A stretch of DNA of 64,000 nucleotides from Blastocatellia bacterium (lineage in GTDB: Bacteria > Acidobacteriota > Blastocatellia > UBA7656). The number at the start of each line of letters is the position of its first letter. The first letter of the stretch is position 1. The position numbers were made by a program, and so were the translations under genes. Where the stretch lies: NCBI GenBank assembly GCA_963765495.1, contig CAVXWP010000002.1:192001-256000 (forward strand), given 5' to 3'. Below are positions 1-10,269 of the stretch, piece after piece. Below the pieces are notes generated by a model. The model was not told the DNA's origin, made no database searches, and saw only the letters and a list, made by a program, of their open reading frames with translations.

Positions 1-1742
1 GTCAGGCTGTGCCAGTGATAACGTCCGCGCAGATAGGCTTCGAATGCGCGCTCATCATAAGTACCGCGTTTCGCCAATTGCTGTCGTTCTTCGACCGCAA
101 GCTGCGGTATCAGGGCGTTTGCCACCTGTTCGGAGATCGAATCTTCAAGCCTCAAGACATCGGTGAATTTTTCGTCAAATCGCGCCGCCCACCGCGTAGC
201 GCCTTCTCCCACCTGTAAAAGCTGGACGGTGACGCGCAATATTTCGCCCACGCGGCGAATGCGGCCGTCCACTATGTAATCTACGCCGAGGTCGAGACCT
301 GCGGCGAGCGGGTCGCCCGTATCGCCACTGCTATAAGCAAGAACGCTGCTGGTCGGACGCACTATAAACAGGCGGACGTTGCTTAACCGCGTAATCAATG
401 CGTCGGCGAGACCTACACCAAGATATTCGTCCCCGGTGTCATCATCTACGCGCGGCCCCAGAACTTTGAAAGGCAATACGGCGAGCGAGAGTTCCCCTGT
501 ATTGGCTCTTTGAAGAGGGCTTGTTTGTCGGGCCGAAGGTTGAATATAAGGCGGCGCGGCGACGGGCTGCCCTCCAAGAAAACGTGTGATATCGTCGCGC
601 AAATCAGAGGCAGTCTGGTAGCGCAAGGCGGGCTCTTTTCTGAGCGACTTCATTATGATTCTTTCGAGGTCGCCGGAGAGGTCGCGGCGCAGGGAGTCCA
701 TACTCGTATTGCGCGCGTCGAGCAGGGCTTCGAGCGACGCCTTTTCGCCCGTCCCGTTTGGCGCAAAGTTGGCATCACGCGTAAGACTCTCGCTGATGGA
801 TTCAGGCTCTTCTTCACAGATGATTCGCGCGACTTCGTGGAGGGCGCGATTCTTCAAGCGGTAAGGGCGATGACCCGACAGTAGTTCGTAAAGCACAACG
901 CCGAGGCTGTAAATATCGCTGGCCGGGGTGACTGTATCTCCCTTTACCTGTTCCGGGCTTGCGTATTCGGGCGTCATCAATCGAATGGCCGTGAGGGTAA
1001 TGTCGATGGTTTCGCTCGCGAGTTCAGGGTCGAGCAGCTTTGCTATTCCGAAATCGAGCAGTTTCGGAATACCTTCGGAAGAGACGTGTATGTTTGAAGG
1101 CTTTATGTCGCGGTGAATGACGCGTTTTTCGTGCGCGTAGTGGACGGCCTCGCAAATCTGCTGAAACAGTCTCAATCGTTCCGGGATAGTCAGCCGTTGC
1201 GTATCACAATACCCGTAGAGGGGCTGACCTTCGATAAATTCCATGACGAAGAAAGGCAGACCTTCGTCGGTTGTGCCGCCGTCGAGCAGTCGAGCAATGT
1301 TTACGTGATCGAGCGCAGCCAGTATCTGGCGCTCGTTGCGAAACCGGCGCAGGATGAAATCCGTATCCATGCCGCGTTTTACTACCTTTACCGCCACACG
1401 CTTTCGAAAAACATTGTCGGCGCGAACAGCCTCATAAACTGCGCCCATGCCGCCTCGTCCTATTTCGCGCTCTATACGATACGCGCCGACCCGGCTGCCG
1501 AGAAGCGGATCGGCTTCGCCCTTCATGAGCGAGGCGAGCGTGTCAGGGCCAACATCAAGGCTCAAGGTTTCATTGGAAAGATCGCCGGTTGTTTTATTTT
1601 GAGTGAGCAATGATTCGACATCGCGTTTCAAATCCGAATCACCCGCGCACGCTCTTGTGATGTAGAGGTCCCGGTCTTCGGGCGTAAGGTCGCGCGCCGT
1701 TTGAAAAATGTCTTCGATCTGTTGTCGACGATTGGATGACAT
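1..1742 (-). CDS. Ser/Thr protein kinase (Hanks type) with TolB-N-like domain; C-terminus runs off the window start
   Basis: Not in the ORF track because there is no stop codon in the window. Manual minus-strand translation from ATG 1742 gives MSSNRRQQIEDIFQTARDL..., VIHRDIKPSNI, KLLDFGIAK, MTPEYASPEQ, SDIYSLGVVLYELL, then LAVLPFK...YLGVGLADALITRLS. Confidence 0.92.
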   Translation of the reverse strand, partial: MSSNRRQQIEDIFQTARDLTPEDRDLYITRACAGDSDLKRDVESLLTQNKTTGDLSNETLSLDVGPDTLASLMKGEADPLLGSRVGAYRIEREIGRGGMGAVYEAVRADNVFRKRVAVKVVKRGMDTDFILRRFRNERQILAALDHVNIARLLDGGTTDEGLPFFVMEFIEGQPLYGYCDTQRLTIPERLRLFQQICEAVHYAHEKRVIHRDIKPSNIHVSSEGIPKLLDFGIAKLLDPELASETIDITLTAIRLMTPEYASPEQVKGDTVTPASDIYSLGVVLYELLSGHRPYRLKNRALHEVARIICEEEPESISESLTRDANFAPNGTGEKASLEALLDARNTSMDSLRRDLSGDLERIIMKSLRKEPALRYQTASDLRDDITRFLGGQPVAAPPYIQPSARQTSPLQRANTGELSLAVLPFKVLGPRVDDDTGDEYLGVGLADALITRLSNVRLFIVRPTSSVLAYSSGDTGDPLAAGLDLGVDYIVDGRIRRVGEILRVTVQLLQVGEGATRWAARFDEKFTDVLRLEDSISEQVANALIPQLAVEERQQLAKRGTYDERAFEAYLRGRYHWHSL

Positions 1743-2190
1743 ATAAACTCTTCGCCCGTCAGGGATGCACCGTCTCACCCCACCTTCCGGTAAGGTTTCC
1801 GTTTATAAAACCCAAATGCAAAAAATTTATCCGGTATAAAAGGAAGAAAAACCTAATCCCAGCCTGAACCCCTCGCGCAGCAACTGCACCCTTCATCCCT
1901 TGATCTAAACGCCGGTACTTTTGCTCTCAGGGTAAATCCTAGCTCAAGGGGAACCGCCGCGCAAGCAGAGACAAATCTCGTCTCTGCGACGTGGTACAGG
2001 GCCATTTTGTTGTGAGGTATTTAGATTTCAGGTTGGCCTTTGGGCTTGTGGTAATCCGCCTTGTGCCGGATGAGAACCTGTGGCTCAACGGTAGGTAGAA
2101 TTTGCCGCATTCTTGATGCTTATAGCCCGCCAGCCAAAAACTGAATAGCCATGGAAAGAAGCAAACAATTCAATTGAGTGTGTCTTGAAA

Positions 2191-2234
2191 TAGGATGCTG
2201 CCGAAAGGAAGGGGAAGCCCTCGGCAGCATCCTA
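2191..2234 (-). terminator. Probable intrinsic terminator hairpin downstream of 2244..2834
   Basis: Perfect 14-bp stem TAGGATGCTGCCGA/TCGGCAGCATCCTA 10 nt past the stop codon; short T run on the minus strand. Confidence 0.6.
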
Positions 2235-2243
2235 AAGATAAAA

Positions 2244-2834
2244 TCAATTGCCCGGAGGGGGCGCTTCCGCCTTTACACGCGATCCCTGCAACGAGACGCT
2301 TCCTGTAAAGACAACATTCCCACCCGTATCAAAACCTTCGATAAACTGCCTGCCGGTAAATTCATCGCCTGAATTGCCAAGTGTTATCTCGCCTCGAATC
2401 TTCGTCGGCCCGGCCGGAACCGATCCGTTTTCCGTATCAAAGCAGAAGTTATATTGCGTGATGGTGAATGAGCGATTCCCGGTTCTTTCCCACACCCCCT
2501 GATCCGGCGTGCAGACGGGGCCGGGAGTCAGTTGGAACTCGTTTGTATCCACCAGCGTTCCTTCGTTGTCGTCTCTGCCGGGCATGAAGGTGATAAGCAC
2601 TTTGAAAGTGGGTATCTCGGGCGGGTCTGTAAAGGTTGCATCGACCAGCCATGTTCCCACAAGCTTTGCGTTCTTTTTTACCAGTAAGCCGTTGTTCGCA
2701 AGCCCCGGCTCGACCGCGCTTATTGTCAATAGAGCGGCCATCATTGCGGCCACCACCAAACTTGAAAAGGTCTTTCTTATCGTCATAAATTTTGCTCCTC
2801 TCTCGTTTTCGTTAAACATTTCGGATTTGCGCAT
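2244..2834 (-). CDS. Secreted hypothetical protein (beta-rich, possibly lipocalin-like barrel)
   Basis: AAGGAGG RBS before ATG 2834; hydrophobic signal segment; LVGTWLV and GVWERTG motifs; two Cys. Confidence 0.7.
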   Translation of the reverse strand: MRKSEMFNENERGAKFMTIRKTFSSLVVAAMMAALLTISAVEPGLANNGLLVKKNAKLVGTWLVDATFTDPPEIPTFKVLITFMPGRDDNEGTLVDTNEFQLTPGPVCTPDQGVWERTGNRSFTITQYNFCFDTENGSVPAGPTKIRGEITLGNSGDEFTGRQFIEGFDTGGNVVFTGSVSLQGSRVKAEAPPPGN

Positions 2835-2857
2835 TGCGCTTGCCTCCTTATAAAGCT

Positions 2858-3112
2858 CTATTCCAGCAATGAATTGAGACAGATCAGGGCCGATTCGTCC
2901 GCCACGCGTATAATGTGTAGAGCGCCCGCTTCTATTCGGCTCAGTATCCACCGACTGCTTTCATCCGCCGTGGCAGAGGCAGGATCGAACCTGATCATCT
3001 CGACCTGTTTGCCGCACTCAGAACACCAATCAATAAGCATCCCGTCGCGCCCGGTTATCACTATGAGCCGCTCGGTTTCGACTGTGATCCTTCTTCTAGT
3101 CTTTTTGCCCAC
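2858..3112 (-). CDS. Small hypothetical protein with putative Zn ligands (CxxC...H...C)
   Basis: 84 aa; GGAGG RBS before GTG; WCSECG, LH and ICLNSL motifs; stop codon 24 nt before the next gene's start. Confidence 0.65.
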   Translation of the reverse strand: MGKKTRRRITVETERLIVITGRDGMLIDWCSECGKQVEMIRFDPASATADESSRWILSRIEAGALHIIRVADESALICLNSLLE

Positions 3113-3296
3113 ACCGCCTCCAGAACCTCGGGCCGTCTCTATTGCCTGACAGGCAGTTCTGCCTTAAAATGCGCTCCGACGAGGTTGCCGTTTTGCGCTG
3201 CCCCGTCGCTATCTCAATTCACGCGAGATACAATACTCGAAGGGCGGGCGAAGAGTCTTTCGCGTCCCCGGAAATAATTCGGAAGAAACTCGGAAA

Positions 3297-3446
3297 GAGC
3301 AGCAATTCTCGGTTTAGAGGAAATCGCACCGGGATATACCACGAAACAGACTAAATACACGAATAATTCTTCTATTTCGTGTGCTTCGTGTATTTCGTGG
3401 TTCACTTCTTGTTAAGACAGAATTTCTAAACCGAGAATTGCTGCTC
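3297..3446. mobile_element. 150-bp MITE-like element with perfect 22-bp terminal inverted repeats
   Basis: GAGCAGCAATTCTCGGTTTAGA (3297-3318) and its exact reverse complement TCTAAACCGAGAATTGCTGCTC (3425-3446). An internal ACCACGAAA/TACACGAA...TTCGTGTATTTCGTGGT palindromic repeat lies between them. No transposase. Confidence 0.6.
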
Positions 3447-3569
3447 GTAAATGCGCTCGCAGGGTAAAATCTGGAGACAAACCTTTTTATTCTTGTGGTA
3501 AACTCTCTTCAAGCCTTGCGGTCGAAAGTTTTTTTGACTTTCGCGTACTCTGCTTCCCGGAGGAAACCT

Positions 3570-4016
3570 GTGAAAAAATATTTTGTCGCCCTTGCGACAC
3601 TGCTCTTGTTTACCTCATCAGCCCCGACCTTTGCTCAGGAAGCAAAACAATCAGAAGAAACGATGATACGCGAGGTCGTAGGCCATTACCTTTACGGCCT
3701 CAAGCACAACGACGTTGAAAGCCTGAAGAAAGCCTTCTGGCCCGAGGCTAAACTCTTTTTCGTCAAGAGAGACGGGGGGCTTGGACAGCTCACCCAGTCG
3801 CAATGGTACGAGGGATTCGCCGCAAGCGCGGGAAAAGAAGAGGAAGGCGATCTGCACATCACATCCGTTGACATCACTGACAACGCGGCATCGGTGCGAG
3901 TAGAGGAAGATTATCCGACATCCGTCTATGTTGATTACCTGTCGCTTCTGAAATTCAACGGAGAATGGAGAATAGTCAACAAGATTTACACATCCAGGCG
4001 AAAGCAAAAAAAGTGA
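3570..4016 (+). CDS. Secreted NTF2-like / putative lumazine-binding family protein
   Basis: GGAGG RBS then GTG 3570; signal peptide; DVESLKKAFWPEA...YVDYLSLLKFNGEWRIVNKIY signature. Confidence 0.85.
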   Translation: MKKYFVALATLLLFTSSAPTFAQEAKQSEETMIREVVGHYLYGLKHNDVESLKKAFWPEAKLFFVKRDGGLGQLTQSQWYEGFAASAGKEEEGDLHITSVDITDNAASVRVEEDYPTSVYVDYLSLLKFNGEWRIVNKIYTSRRKQKK

Positions 4017-4068
4017 TGCGTGAAAAGATTTAGACAGGATACACAATTCAAAAAAGACGAGGTGGCTG

Positions 4069-6531
4069 ATGGAAAATCTGTGGAACGATCTCTCTTACGC
4101 GATTCGAATGCTCATAAAAAACCCGGGCTTTACGACCGTGGCTATTCTGTCGCTGGCCATCGGTATCGGGGCCAACAGCGCAATCTTCAGCGTGACCGAT
4201 GCGCTGTTGTTGCGGCCTCTGCCTTATAAAGATTCAGAGAGATTAGCCATACTCTGGAACCGCTCGCCCGGATTGAACATCGCCCAGGACTGGTTTTCGC
4301 CCGGCATGTATCTTGACGTAAAGACCCAGAATCAGGTCTTTGACGATGTGGCCATCACAATCGGCGGAAGCTTTAACATGACCGGACAGGGAGAGCCCGA
4401 ACGAGTCGACGGAGCAAGGGTCTCATCGTCGCTGTTTACGCTTCTGGGCGCAAGCCCGCTGCTCGGGCGTCTGTTGTTGCCGGAAGAGGATGAGCCGGGC
4501 AAGCCTCCGGCTGCGATCCTGAGCAACGGATTCTGGGAACGCCGCTTTGGTCGAGACCCGGAGGTGCTAGGAAAGACGCTTACGCTAAACGGCAATAACT
4601 TTACGATTGTAGGCGTTATGCCGCCGGATTTCTATTTGAATAAAGAAGTGATGCCCGCTGTAAACGGTATCCGCACTGCCGATATCCTGCTTCCTCTGCC
4701 GTTGAGCGAAAGCGCAAGGACGGACCGCGATCACGAAGACTTCAATATCTTTGCGCGGTTGAAAGAGGGTGTAACGGTCGCCCAGGCGCAGGCCGACATG
4801 AATGTTATTGCCGACCGCATGAAGCAGCAATATCCGGGCAACTACCCGGCTACAGGCGGGCTGACCATAAGCGTCGTTCCCCTGCTCGATCAGGTGGTAG
4901 GCGATATTCGCCTTGCGCTTTATGTGCTTTTTGGCGCGGTCGGGTTTGTGCTTCTCATAGCGTGCGTCAACGTAGCGAATCTGCTGCTCGCCCGCGCCAC
5001 GGTTCGGCAAAAAGAGATGGCCATTCGCGCCGCCGTAGGCGCGAGCCGCGTCCGTTTGCTGAGACAACTGCTGACCGAAAGCGTGCTGCTTGCGATAACG
5101 GGCGGGGTAATAGGGCTTATGATCGCGCTCGTTGCCGTCAAAGTGCTGCGCGTCTTTGGTCCTGAAAATATTCCGCGACTGAACAGCGTAGGCGTAGACG
5201 TTAAGGCCATCGCCTTCACCTTTTCCATATCGCTTTTGACCGGCGTCATCTTCGGGCTGGTCCCGGCCTTCAGCGCATCAAGAGTAGATTTGAACAAGGT
5301 GCTAAAGGACGGAGGCCGCACATCACAGGGCGGCGGCACTTTTGGGCGCGGGCATTATCAGATACGCAAATTGCTGGTTATTTCCGAGGTCGCGCTGTCG
5401 CTTGTTCTCTTGATTGGGGCCGGGTTGCTGATCCGCAGCTACAGAAGCATCGCAAGATCAAATCCGGGCTTCGACCCGCACAACGTTCTTTCGTTGCGGC
5501 TGTCGCTTCCCGGGATAAAATACTCGACGCCCGATGCGGTAAGCGGATTCTACAAACAGCTTGATGAAAGAGTGAAGGCGCTGCCGGGGGTAGAGTATGT
5601 CGGCACAAATTATCAATTGCCGCTCTCTTCGGTCGCGCTTGCGTGGGAGCCTGTCACCGTGGATGGCTATCTGCCCAGAGAAGGCGAAAGCCTGATAATA
5701 TCGAGTTCAGGCTACACCAATCCCGACTATTTTCGCGCGATGGGAATCAAGCTGCTGAAAGGGCGGTTTTTCAATGAGCACGACATAAGGGGGGCGCAGG
5801 AGGTCGCCATCGTAGATGATAAATTTGCCGAACGTTTCTGGCCCGATCAAGACCCGATTGGCAAACGGATGCGGCGCGGGGATTCAGGCCCCTGGCGGGT
5901 TGTCGTCGGAATGGTCGCCGATGAAAGAGAGTTCGGAGCGGAGACCGAGCCGCCCATTACCGCCTACTTTCCCGTTGAGCAGTTCAATATAGGCAGCCGG
6001 TTTCTGGTTGCGCGGACGACCTCCGATCCCGTCCAACTGACTCAATCTGTCATCAAAGAGATTCAGACTCTTGACCCTGAACTCCCTGTTTACGATGTCA
6101 GCACGATGGAGCAGAGGTTGTACGATTCGCTTGCGCGGCAACGATTCTCAATGCTGTTGCTTGGCGTCTTCGCCCTCTTCGCCGTGATACTTGCGGCAAT
6201 CGGAATCTACGGCGTCATGGCCTATTCGGTAAATCAAAGGACTCATGAAATCGGCATCCGCATGGCTTTAGGCGCACAGCCGCGCAACATTTTGCGACTC
6301 GTAATCCGGCAGGCATTGATACTGGTAACGGTTGGCATCGCAATCGGTCTCGCAGCCGCATTTGCGCTTACGCAAGTTATGTCGAGTCTGCTTTATGGCG
6401 TAAGCACAACCGATGCCCTTACATTTGCGCTGACCGCATTTGCGCTTGGAGCCATCGCTTTGTTTGCCAGTTATATTCCGGCTCGCCGCGCAGCAAGGGT
6501 AGACCCGATGGTCGCGCTCAGATATGAATGA
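4069..6531 (+). CDS. ABC transporter permease, ADOP family (duplicated MacB-PCD/FtsX, acidobacterial orphan permease)
   Basis: 820 aa; N-terminus DLSYAIRMLIKNPGFT...GIGANSAIFS; LLIACVNVANLLLAR; RTHEIGIRMALGA; C-terminus PARRAARVDPMVALRYE. Confidence 0.95.
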   Translation: MENLWNDLSYAIRMLIKNPGFTTVAILSLAIGIGANSAIFSVTDALLLRPLPYKDSERLAILWNRSPGLNIAQDWFSPGMYLDVKTQNQVFDDVAITIGGSFNMTGQGEPERVDGARVSSSLFTLLGASPLLGRLLLPEEDEPGKPPAAILSNGFWERRFGRDPEVLGKTLTLNGNNFTIVGVMPPDFYLNKEVMPAVNGIRTADILLPLPLSESARTDRDHEDFNIFARLKEGVTVAQAQADMNVIADRMKQQYPGNYPATGGLTISVVPLLDQVVGDIRLALYVLFGAVGFVLLIACVNVANLLLARATVRQKEMAIRAAVGASRVRLLRQLLTESVLLAITGGVIGLMIALVAVKVLRVFGPENIPRLNSVGVDVKAIAFTFSISLLTGVIFGLVPAFSASRVDLNKVLKDGGRTSQGGGTFGRGHYQIRKLLVISEVALSLVLLIGAGLLIRSYRSIARSNPGFDPHNVLSLRLSLPGIKYSTPDAVSGFYKQLDERVKALPGVEYVGTNYQLPLSSVALAWEPVTVDGYLPREGESLIISSSGYTNPDYFRAMGIKLLKGRFFNEHDIRGAQEVAIVDDKFAERFWPDQDPIGKRMRRGDSGPWRVVVGMVADEREFGAETEPPITAYFPVEQFNIGSRFLVARTTSDPVQLTQSVIKEIQTLDPELPVYDVSTMEQRLYDSLARQRFSMLLLGVFALFAVILAAIGIYGVMAYSVNQRTHEIGIRMALGAQPRNILRLVIRQALILVTVGIAIGLAAAFALTQVMSSLLYGVSTTDALTFALTAFALGAIALFASYIPARRAARVDPMVALRYE

Positions 6532-6560
6532 TCTGAGAACTATTATTTGAGCGGCTAATG

Positions 6561-6620
6561 AGGATTAGATTGGATTGAAAGTAAACCCTGTTCAATCCAA
6601 CCTAATCCTGTTAATCCTGT
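6561..6620. terminator. Hairpin between convergent genes (likely bidirectional terminator), with 9-nt-period AATCCTGTT repeats
   Basis: AGGATTAGATTGGATTGAA (6561-6579) pairs with TTCAATCCAACCTAATCCT (6591-6609) with one mismatch. Confidence 0.6.
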
Positions 6621-6645
6621 CTCGCTCTTCACCCATAACGCATAT

Positions 6646-8874
6646 TTAGAACTTGATCTTTACAAGGAAAGCGTCAGTCCCCTCACGCTTCTCGCTTTGA
6701 AAAGTCTTCCCCGCTGTAGGGAATTTCTTAGACCTTGTGAACCCGGTAATCACTACATTTCCCTCCGAATCTATAGCCAAGCCACACGCACTGTCTTCCC
6801 CGCGTCCGCCGATGTAGCTTGAATAGATGAGATTCGCGCCAATGCTGTCGAGCTTTATGACAAAGGCATCTTCATCATTAACGATCCCCCCCCTTACAGG
6901 CTGTATAGCGTCCTCGGTCGTTGGAAAATCATCAGAGGCTGTAATACCGGCGATGACGGCGTTTCCATCAGAGTCTAATCCGATGGACATGCCCTCTTCC
7001 TGATTGTTCCCGCCAAGAAATGTGGAATAGATGTACTGTGCCCCCAAAGCATCGAGTCTGGTGACAAACCCATCCGATAGCCCGCCGATTTGTGTTCGGA
7101 GAGCATTGGCAGTTACAGGGAAATCACTTGAAAGCGTCAGCCCGGTTATGTACATGCTTTGATCCGAACCCGCCGCGATGGATCGGCCAATATCCTCACC
7201 TTCTCCTCCAAGATAGGTCGAGTAATAAAAGCGACTCTTCTTGGCGTTCAATTTAACGACGAACCCGTCGCCAAATACCGGCCCACCACTAAATTCTCTT
7301 TGAACGGCGTTTGACGTTGTGAACATGTCTCTGGATGTAGTGCTCCCCGTTATGTACTCGTTTCCCATGTCATCAAGCGCAATGGCTTGAGCCACATCCT
7401 GACCGCTTCCGCCCAGATAAGTCGAAAAGAGCAGTTTGTTGCCGGACGGTCTGAAACTTGTCGCAAATATATCGGTGCCGCCGTGTGATGCATAGTACAG
7501 CGCCCTGTAGGTCGGGAAATCGGTGGAATCAGTAGAACCCGTGATGTGGACTTTACCATCCGGGCTGACAGCAATACCGTACGCGCAATCATCGCCTGCC
7601 CCGCCAAGATAGGTCGAAAAGATCAACTCCTTGCCGTCGCTGCTCAACTTCGTCACGAAAACGTCATAAAGCCCCCTTGGCATCCGTTGCAGCCCCTTCC
7701 TGGTGGGAAAGTCATGCGAAGTTGTACAGCCGGTTATATAGGCATTGCCTTCGCTGTCTACGGCAATGCCATAACCCAGGTCGAAACCCCTACCTCCCAG
7801 ATATGTAGAGTAGACAGGAGTACCGCTCGACAGATCAAACTTGATCACGAAAATATCATAAAGCCCCCCGCTCGCCTGTTGAATAGAGGAGTCAGTAGTC
7901 GAGAAATCCGGCGACATGGTCTCGCCGGTTATATAGACAAAGCCTTCTTTATCTACGGCTATTGCGTGGGCTATGTCATCCTCGCTCCCCCCCAGATAGG
8001 TTCCATATTTAAGGATGGGGTCAATTACGAGAGGCCGCGTCTTATCATAGCTTCCTACCTGAAACCCGACCACGCCCGAGTCGCCGACCAGAAATCGGCC
8101 CGACACCTCTCTCCTGATTCCATCAGCGACTTGATAGATAAAGGGCCGACACTGCCGGACCAGACCCGTCCCGGCGTGAAGCAATAAATCACCGCTCTTA
8201 TCCAGTTCAACCTCACTTACCCCGTCAAAAGCGAGAGCGATATTTGTCGGGTCCGCGCCGGGCCTCACAACAAAATCATACTCCAGCTCTCCCTGATTTC
8301 CGTAATAGACGATGTCAATGCCATCATAGATGTTTTCGCATTTCACCCTGGCAAAGTATTCAATCTCTCTTCGCCAGCGTAGAGGGGAGTTTCCGATAAA
8401 ATAGTTGCCCTTGCCGGGTAATAGTTCTTCTCCCTCCATACGAGACTGAGGGTTGGAGTTTATCAGCTTCATGGTCAGGTTCGCGTTGCCCGAATCATTC
8501 GCCGGATCAGCAAACGGCATCTTTGTTTCAGCCTTCCTTCGATGACCGAACCTGAGAGTTGCTCTCGTAGGGCTGACAAAGAAATTGAATCCTGAGCCGC
8601 GCGCAAGATAAGCCACGCCTGCATCTGCCTGCCCGCGATTGACTTCGAATGACAGCGGCAACTGAATTGCTGCTGCCGTAGTATGTTCTGCTCGATTTTG
8701 CTCTCCCCCCGCAAAGAGGTTCGCGGGCTCGATTAAATTCATGCGTAGAGTTGATATGGATGTTTTTTCGTTCCTCAAAGGCTCAAAAAGCGGGTGAGCG
8801 GTCGAACTGAAAGACAGTGTCATTAGCAGGCATAGAGAGAGCACGCTTATAGATCGATGTCTTAAAAATCTCAT
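6646..8874 (-). CDS. Secreted SBBP beta-propeller repeat protein
   Basis: Signal peptide; LSFEVNRGQ N-terminal domain; PLVIDP linker; about 7 repeats of YSTYLGGxGxDxAxGIAVDxxGxxYITGxTxSxDFPT. Confidence 0.92.
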   Translation of the reverse strand: MRFLRHRSISVLSLCLLMTLSFSSTAHPLFEPLRNEKTSISTLRMNLIEPANLFAGGEQNRAEHTTAAAIQLPLSFEVNRGQADAGVAYLARGSGFNFFVSPTRATLRFGHRRKAETKMPFADPANDSGNANLTMKLINSNPQSRMEGEELLPGKGNYFIGNSPLRWRREIEYFARVKCENIYDGIDIVYYGNQGELEYDFVVRPGADPTNIALAFDGVSEVELDKSGDLLLHAGTGLVRQCRPFIYQVADGIRREVSGRFLVGDSGVVGFQVGSYDKTRPLVIDPILKYGTYLGGSEDDIAHAIAVDKEGFVYITGETMSPDFSTTDSSIQQASGGLYDIFVIKFDLSSGTPVYSTYLGGRGFDLGYGIAVDSEGNAYITGCTTSHDFPTRKGLQRMPRGLYDVFVTKLSSDGKELIFSTYLGGAGDDCAYGIAVSPDGKVHITGSTDSTDFPTYRALYYASHGGTDIFATSFRPSGNKLLFSTYLGGSGQDVAQAIALDDMGNEYITGSTTSRDMFTTSNAVQREFSGGPVFGDGFVVKLNAKKSRFYYSTYLGGEGEDIGRSIAAGSDQSMYITGLTLSSDFPVTANALRTQIGGLSDGFVTRLDALGAQYIYSTFLGGNNQEEGMSIGLDSDGNAVIAGITASDDFPTTEDAIQPVRGGIVNDEDAFVIKLDSIGANLIYSSYIGGRGEDSACGLAIDSEGNVVITGFTRSKKFPTAGKTFQSEKREGTDAFLVKIKF

Positions 8875-9293
8875 TTCATTTCTTCCTCTCTTTAAACTGG
8901 AAACGGCTCAATTAGTCGCAAAGCATGTGATGCTCGATTGGTTTGCTTCTTATCCTTCACTATCACGCAGATGCTCAACTGTAGTTCCGAATTATTTTTG
9001 AATCCGGCGAACTGGAAGTATCGCATAAGTTTACCCCTGAATGCTTCTATATTCCGGTTCCATCTTATCCGGGGAATAGATGACCGCATAAAACACCCTG
9101 CTATAAGAGTCCGAAAGCCAACTTTCAAGAAACCTTGAGAGAGGCAGGCTATATGATGCCGGACGAGTTGACCCGACCAGATTTTATCGCTAAGGTTTGC
9201 GAATTGTCCGTCCAGACAGGCCTCTTTTCAGTCCGGCCCTGTCGGATTCGGTCGGCGGGCAGGTTAGATTAAATTTTCAGGAGAGTATTGATT

Positions 9294-10070
9294 ATGAAAC
9301 TCAGTGATAGGCGTTTTTCAGTACTATTGATTATATTCACTTTTTTGTCGCTCTCAGGCGCGGGCTCCGGCTTCCCTCTATCGGCTCAACCGCGAGAGCA
9401 ATCTCAGGCCAATTGCCCTACTCTGCAAGTGACCTCTCCCGATCAGGTCACAAAGGGAGAGAAGCTCATCTTCACTGTGCAGGTGAAAGGCGGCGATAAA
9501 AACGTGACTCCTACTTTCAACTGGTCGGTATCGAGCGGCTCGATTGAATCGGGACAGGGCACTTCTACGATTGAAGTAGGCACGGGTGAACTGGAAGACG
9601 ATTCCACGGTGACGGCAACTGTAGAGCTTGGAGGCTACGACAGAGATTGCTCTACAGTTACCTCCTGCACATCCTACATCGAAAAGAAGGTCGAGCCGCG
9701 AAAGCTGCTCGAATACGGCAAGGTAGGTACGGAAGCGGAACAAGCGAACCTGGATTATTTTACAGTCGAACTTCAGTCTGACCCGACCGCGCAGGGGTAC
9801 ATCATCGCATACGGCGGGCGTACAAGCAGTGCAGGTGAGACCGAGAAATGGGCGATTAAGGCAAAGAGTTATTTGACGCAGCTACGCGGGGTCGATGCGG
9901 GCAGGATTGTGGTATTGGACGGGGGGTATCGCGAGCAACCGGCCATAGAACTCTGGATCGTGCCCTCCGGTGCGACCCCGCCGACTGCAACCCCGACCGT
10001 TGATCCCGGTGAAATAAAAGCCTCGAAGCCAGCGCAACCAAAAAAGCCCGCAAAGGGCAAGAAAAACTGA
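9294..10070 (+). CDS. Secreted protein with PKD/Ig-like domain and divergent OmpA-like C-terminal domain
   Basis: Signal peptide; CPT...FNWSVSSGSIESGQGT Ig-like module; GYIIAYGGR...RGVDAGRIVVLDGGYRE...IELWIVPSGA; Lys/Pro-rich tail. Confidence 0.7.
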   Translation: MKLSDRRFSVLLIIFTFLSLSGAGSGFPLSAQPREQSQANCPTLQVTSPDQVTKGEKLIFTVQVKGGDKNVTPTFNWSVSSGSIESGQGTSTIEVGTGELEDDSTVTATVELGGYDRDCSTVTSCTSYIEKKVEPRKLLEYGKVGTEAEQANLDYFTVELQSDPTAQGYIIAYGGRTSSAGETEKWAIKAKSYLTQLRGVDAGRIVVLDGGYREQPAIELWIVPSGATPPTATPTVDPGEIKASKPAQPKKPAKGKKN

Positions 10071-10269
10071 TGGGAACCCGTTGATTGCTTTATAAATAAT
10101 CTTTGCCTGCTTTGTGTCATTGCGTATTTGAGAGTAGAGGTTCTCGACAGGGCGCAAAGACGCAAGGTAAGCAAAGATTTCCCTGTGATTTAAACCGCCT
10201 TTGTCGCAACCCTCCCTTCTGTTTTGGAGTATGGGTCAACAGGTGGTAAACTCAGCCGGAGGTGATTTC

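Noticed and set aside
9-1613. Plus-strand ORFs (9..218, 510..884, 928..1116, 1113..1613)
   Set aside because: Antisense shadows of the minus-strand Ser/Thr kinase.
3214-3405. 63-aa ORF MNHEIHEAHE...
   Set aside because: Arises from the 9-nt-period repeat inside the MITE-like element.
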